This document shows positions 56,999 to 58,340 of a stretch of 58,340 bases of DNA, in pieces. How positions within the stretch are numbered: the stretch's first letter is position 1; each line of letters opens with the position of its first letter. The stretch comes from Patescibacteria group bacterium (GTDB lineage Bacteria; Patescibacteriota; Patescibacteriia; SG8-24). The notes below the pieces were generated by a model. That model searched no databases. It was not told the origin of the DNA and saw only the letters and a program-made list of their open reading frames with translations. A program made the position numbers and the translations under genes. The stretch is from positions 1-58,340 of the forward strand of contig JAYEJB010000071.1 of assembly GCA_034716415.1 (NCBI GenBank), in the 5' to 3' direction.

Positions 56999-57880
56999 CT
57001 ACTCCTCATCCCCGTCATCATCGTCTCCCGCATCGTCATCCCCATCATCGTCCCCGTCATCACCTGGCTCACCATCGTCATCGTCCGGTCCGAGCGCTCC
57101 AAGCTCCTCTTTCAATGTCTCCTTGGCCGCCTCAAGAGCCGCCTTAAAGTCATCACGAGCTGCGCTGAAAGCCTCTTTCCGTGCATCGACGAGCTCCTGA
57201 ACCAAGTCACGGTAGGATTTCACGCCATTCAACGCGTCCTTGAGTGCACCATGAGCCGCTCGTAATGCCGCATTGAACTCGTCACGGGCCGACTTCAAAT
57301 CTCCGTCCGATTCGCAAGCCGCCTTGGCCGCCGCAATTGCCGCGTCTACCGCAGCTTCAAAGTCGGCGACAGCCGCGTCCACCGCGGCCTGTCTCTCATC
57401 GACCAGACCTTCAGCACTGGCCCAGAATGCCTCAATGGCGTCATCGTAAGCCGCGCGGCGAACGTCGACAGCCGCCTGGACCGCCGCCTGGAATTCCAGA
57501 AGCGCCTGCTTACGGTCACTGTCCTCGAATTTCTCCAACAACAGATCGAAACGCTCGGTGTGGTTATCGGTGCGAGCCGTGCGGACCTCACCGAGCCGAC
57601 CGAGACGCTCGGTGTGACGTTCAGCCAACTGACTCTCACGCGTGATACGATTCTCTGACAAACGACCCTTGCCACTGGTGACCCTGCTCATCACCCGCTC
57701 GGCGAAACTGTCCAGCCTCTCACAGGCCCTTGCCTTAACTTGCTCGGGTACGTTGCCGCGACCACGATCTTCCGGCGGACCGGCCGGATCGTTATTCTGC
57801 GCCATCGCCATCGCTGGCATCATCATCTGCATAATGAGCACCGCGCTCGCGGCCGCGCTGATCGTTTTCTTGCTATTCAT
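56999..57880 (-). CDS. Secreted coiled-coil protein with Asp/Gly-rich tail
   Basis: Signal-like MNSKKTISAAASAVLI..AMA, Ala/Glu-rich helices, GDDDD-repeat C-terminus. Confidence 0.8.
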   Translation of the reverse strand: MNSKKTISAAASAVLIMQMMMPAMAMAQNNDPAGPPEDRGRGNVPEQVKARACERLDSFAERVMSRVTSGKGRLSENRITRESQLAERHTERLGRLGEVRTARTDNHTERFDLLLEKFEDSDRKQALLEFQAAVQAAVDVRRAAYDDAIEAFWASAEGLVDERQAAVDAAVADFEAAVDAAIAAAKAACESDGDLKSARDEFNAALRAAHGALKDALNGVKSYRDLVQELVDARKEAFSAARDDFKAALEAAKETLKEELGALGPDDDDGEPGDDGDDDGDDDAGDDDDGDEE

Positions 57881-58187
57881 AGGTTTCGACGGTAAATAAT
57901 TCTGTCTCGTCTTCGCCTTCCTCGAGCGCTGAAACCACGTCCGAGCCGTCTCCGGCATCGGTCTCTTCCATGGCCGCCTCGTCAAGCAGTGAATCAATGA
58001 GAGCGTCGACCTGTACGTCGACATCCTCTTCACCAGTGACGTCCATCTCGCCGCCGAGCTCGGCCACCGCCTCATCGCCGGCAGGGACTATCGGCCCGAC
58101 CTCTTCCTTGTTGGTCATCTGGAGATAGGCGACCAGCCCCACCACGATGACAATCAGCACCGGAATGATTATCTTCCATTTAGGCAT
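57873..58187 (-). CDS. Small acidic membrane-anchored protein
   Basis: N-terminal transmembrane helix, highly acidic remainder; overlaps the start of the next gene. Confidence 0.75.
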   Translation of the reverse strand: MPKWKIIIPVLIVIVVGLVAYLQMTNKEEVGPIVPAGDEAVAELGGEMDVTGEEDVDVQVDALIDSLLDEAAMEETDAGDGSDVVSALEEGEDETELFTVETYE

Positions 58188-58340
58188 AAAAATGCGTAAT
58201 TACTTATTTATGTAACTTTTTATGATTATAGATGAATTATAGCAGATATGAGTGATAGGTGAACCAATCAGGGGTTGAGAATCTGAGAGGGCATCGCTGT
58301 GTACGATACCCCCAAACCCTCAAACACATTCAAAAAAAAC

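Noticed and set aside
1-58340. Alternative genetic code (TGA read-through) or prophage
   Set aside because: Conserved genes are full length in code 11 and several end at TGA; no integrase, terminase or capsid genes recognised.

Overview
58-kb chromosomal window from a GC-rich bacterium using code 11. I estimate 55-60% GC by eye. The gene set and architecture suggest Patescibacteria/CPR (Parcubacteria-like); this is inference. Core genes include murB, murC, elp3, glyA-folD, dnaB-ybaB-recR, rplU, mraZ-rsmH-ftsL, uvrA, uvrB, uvrC, prs, ion transporters and hydrolases. They are interleaved with many orphan or divergent genes, which usually have their own sigma70-type promoter, Shine-Dalgarno (SD) sequence and terminator. 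I saw no tRNA, rRNA, CRISPR, integrase or transposase. Several families of short palindromic and low-complexity repeats fill the intergenic DNA, nest inside one another and enter coding sequences. The most notable observations are: (1) a complete leader-peptide attenuator architecture upstream of an MFS transporter; (2) an in-frame array of mini-ORFs copying the RecR N-terminus; (3) a split between SD-less core genes and SD-led orphan genes; (4) a 94-bp palindrome family with DnaA-box ends and a parS-like centre; (5) a membrane-anchored Clp ATPase with a dead first ring; (6) a self-nesting 20-bp micro-element; (7) tandem alternative sigma factors, one degenerate. All assignments come from motif recognition by eye; no database searches were run.
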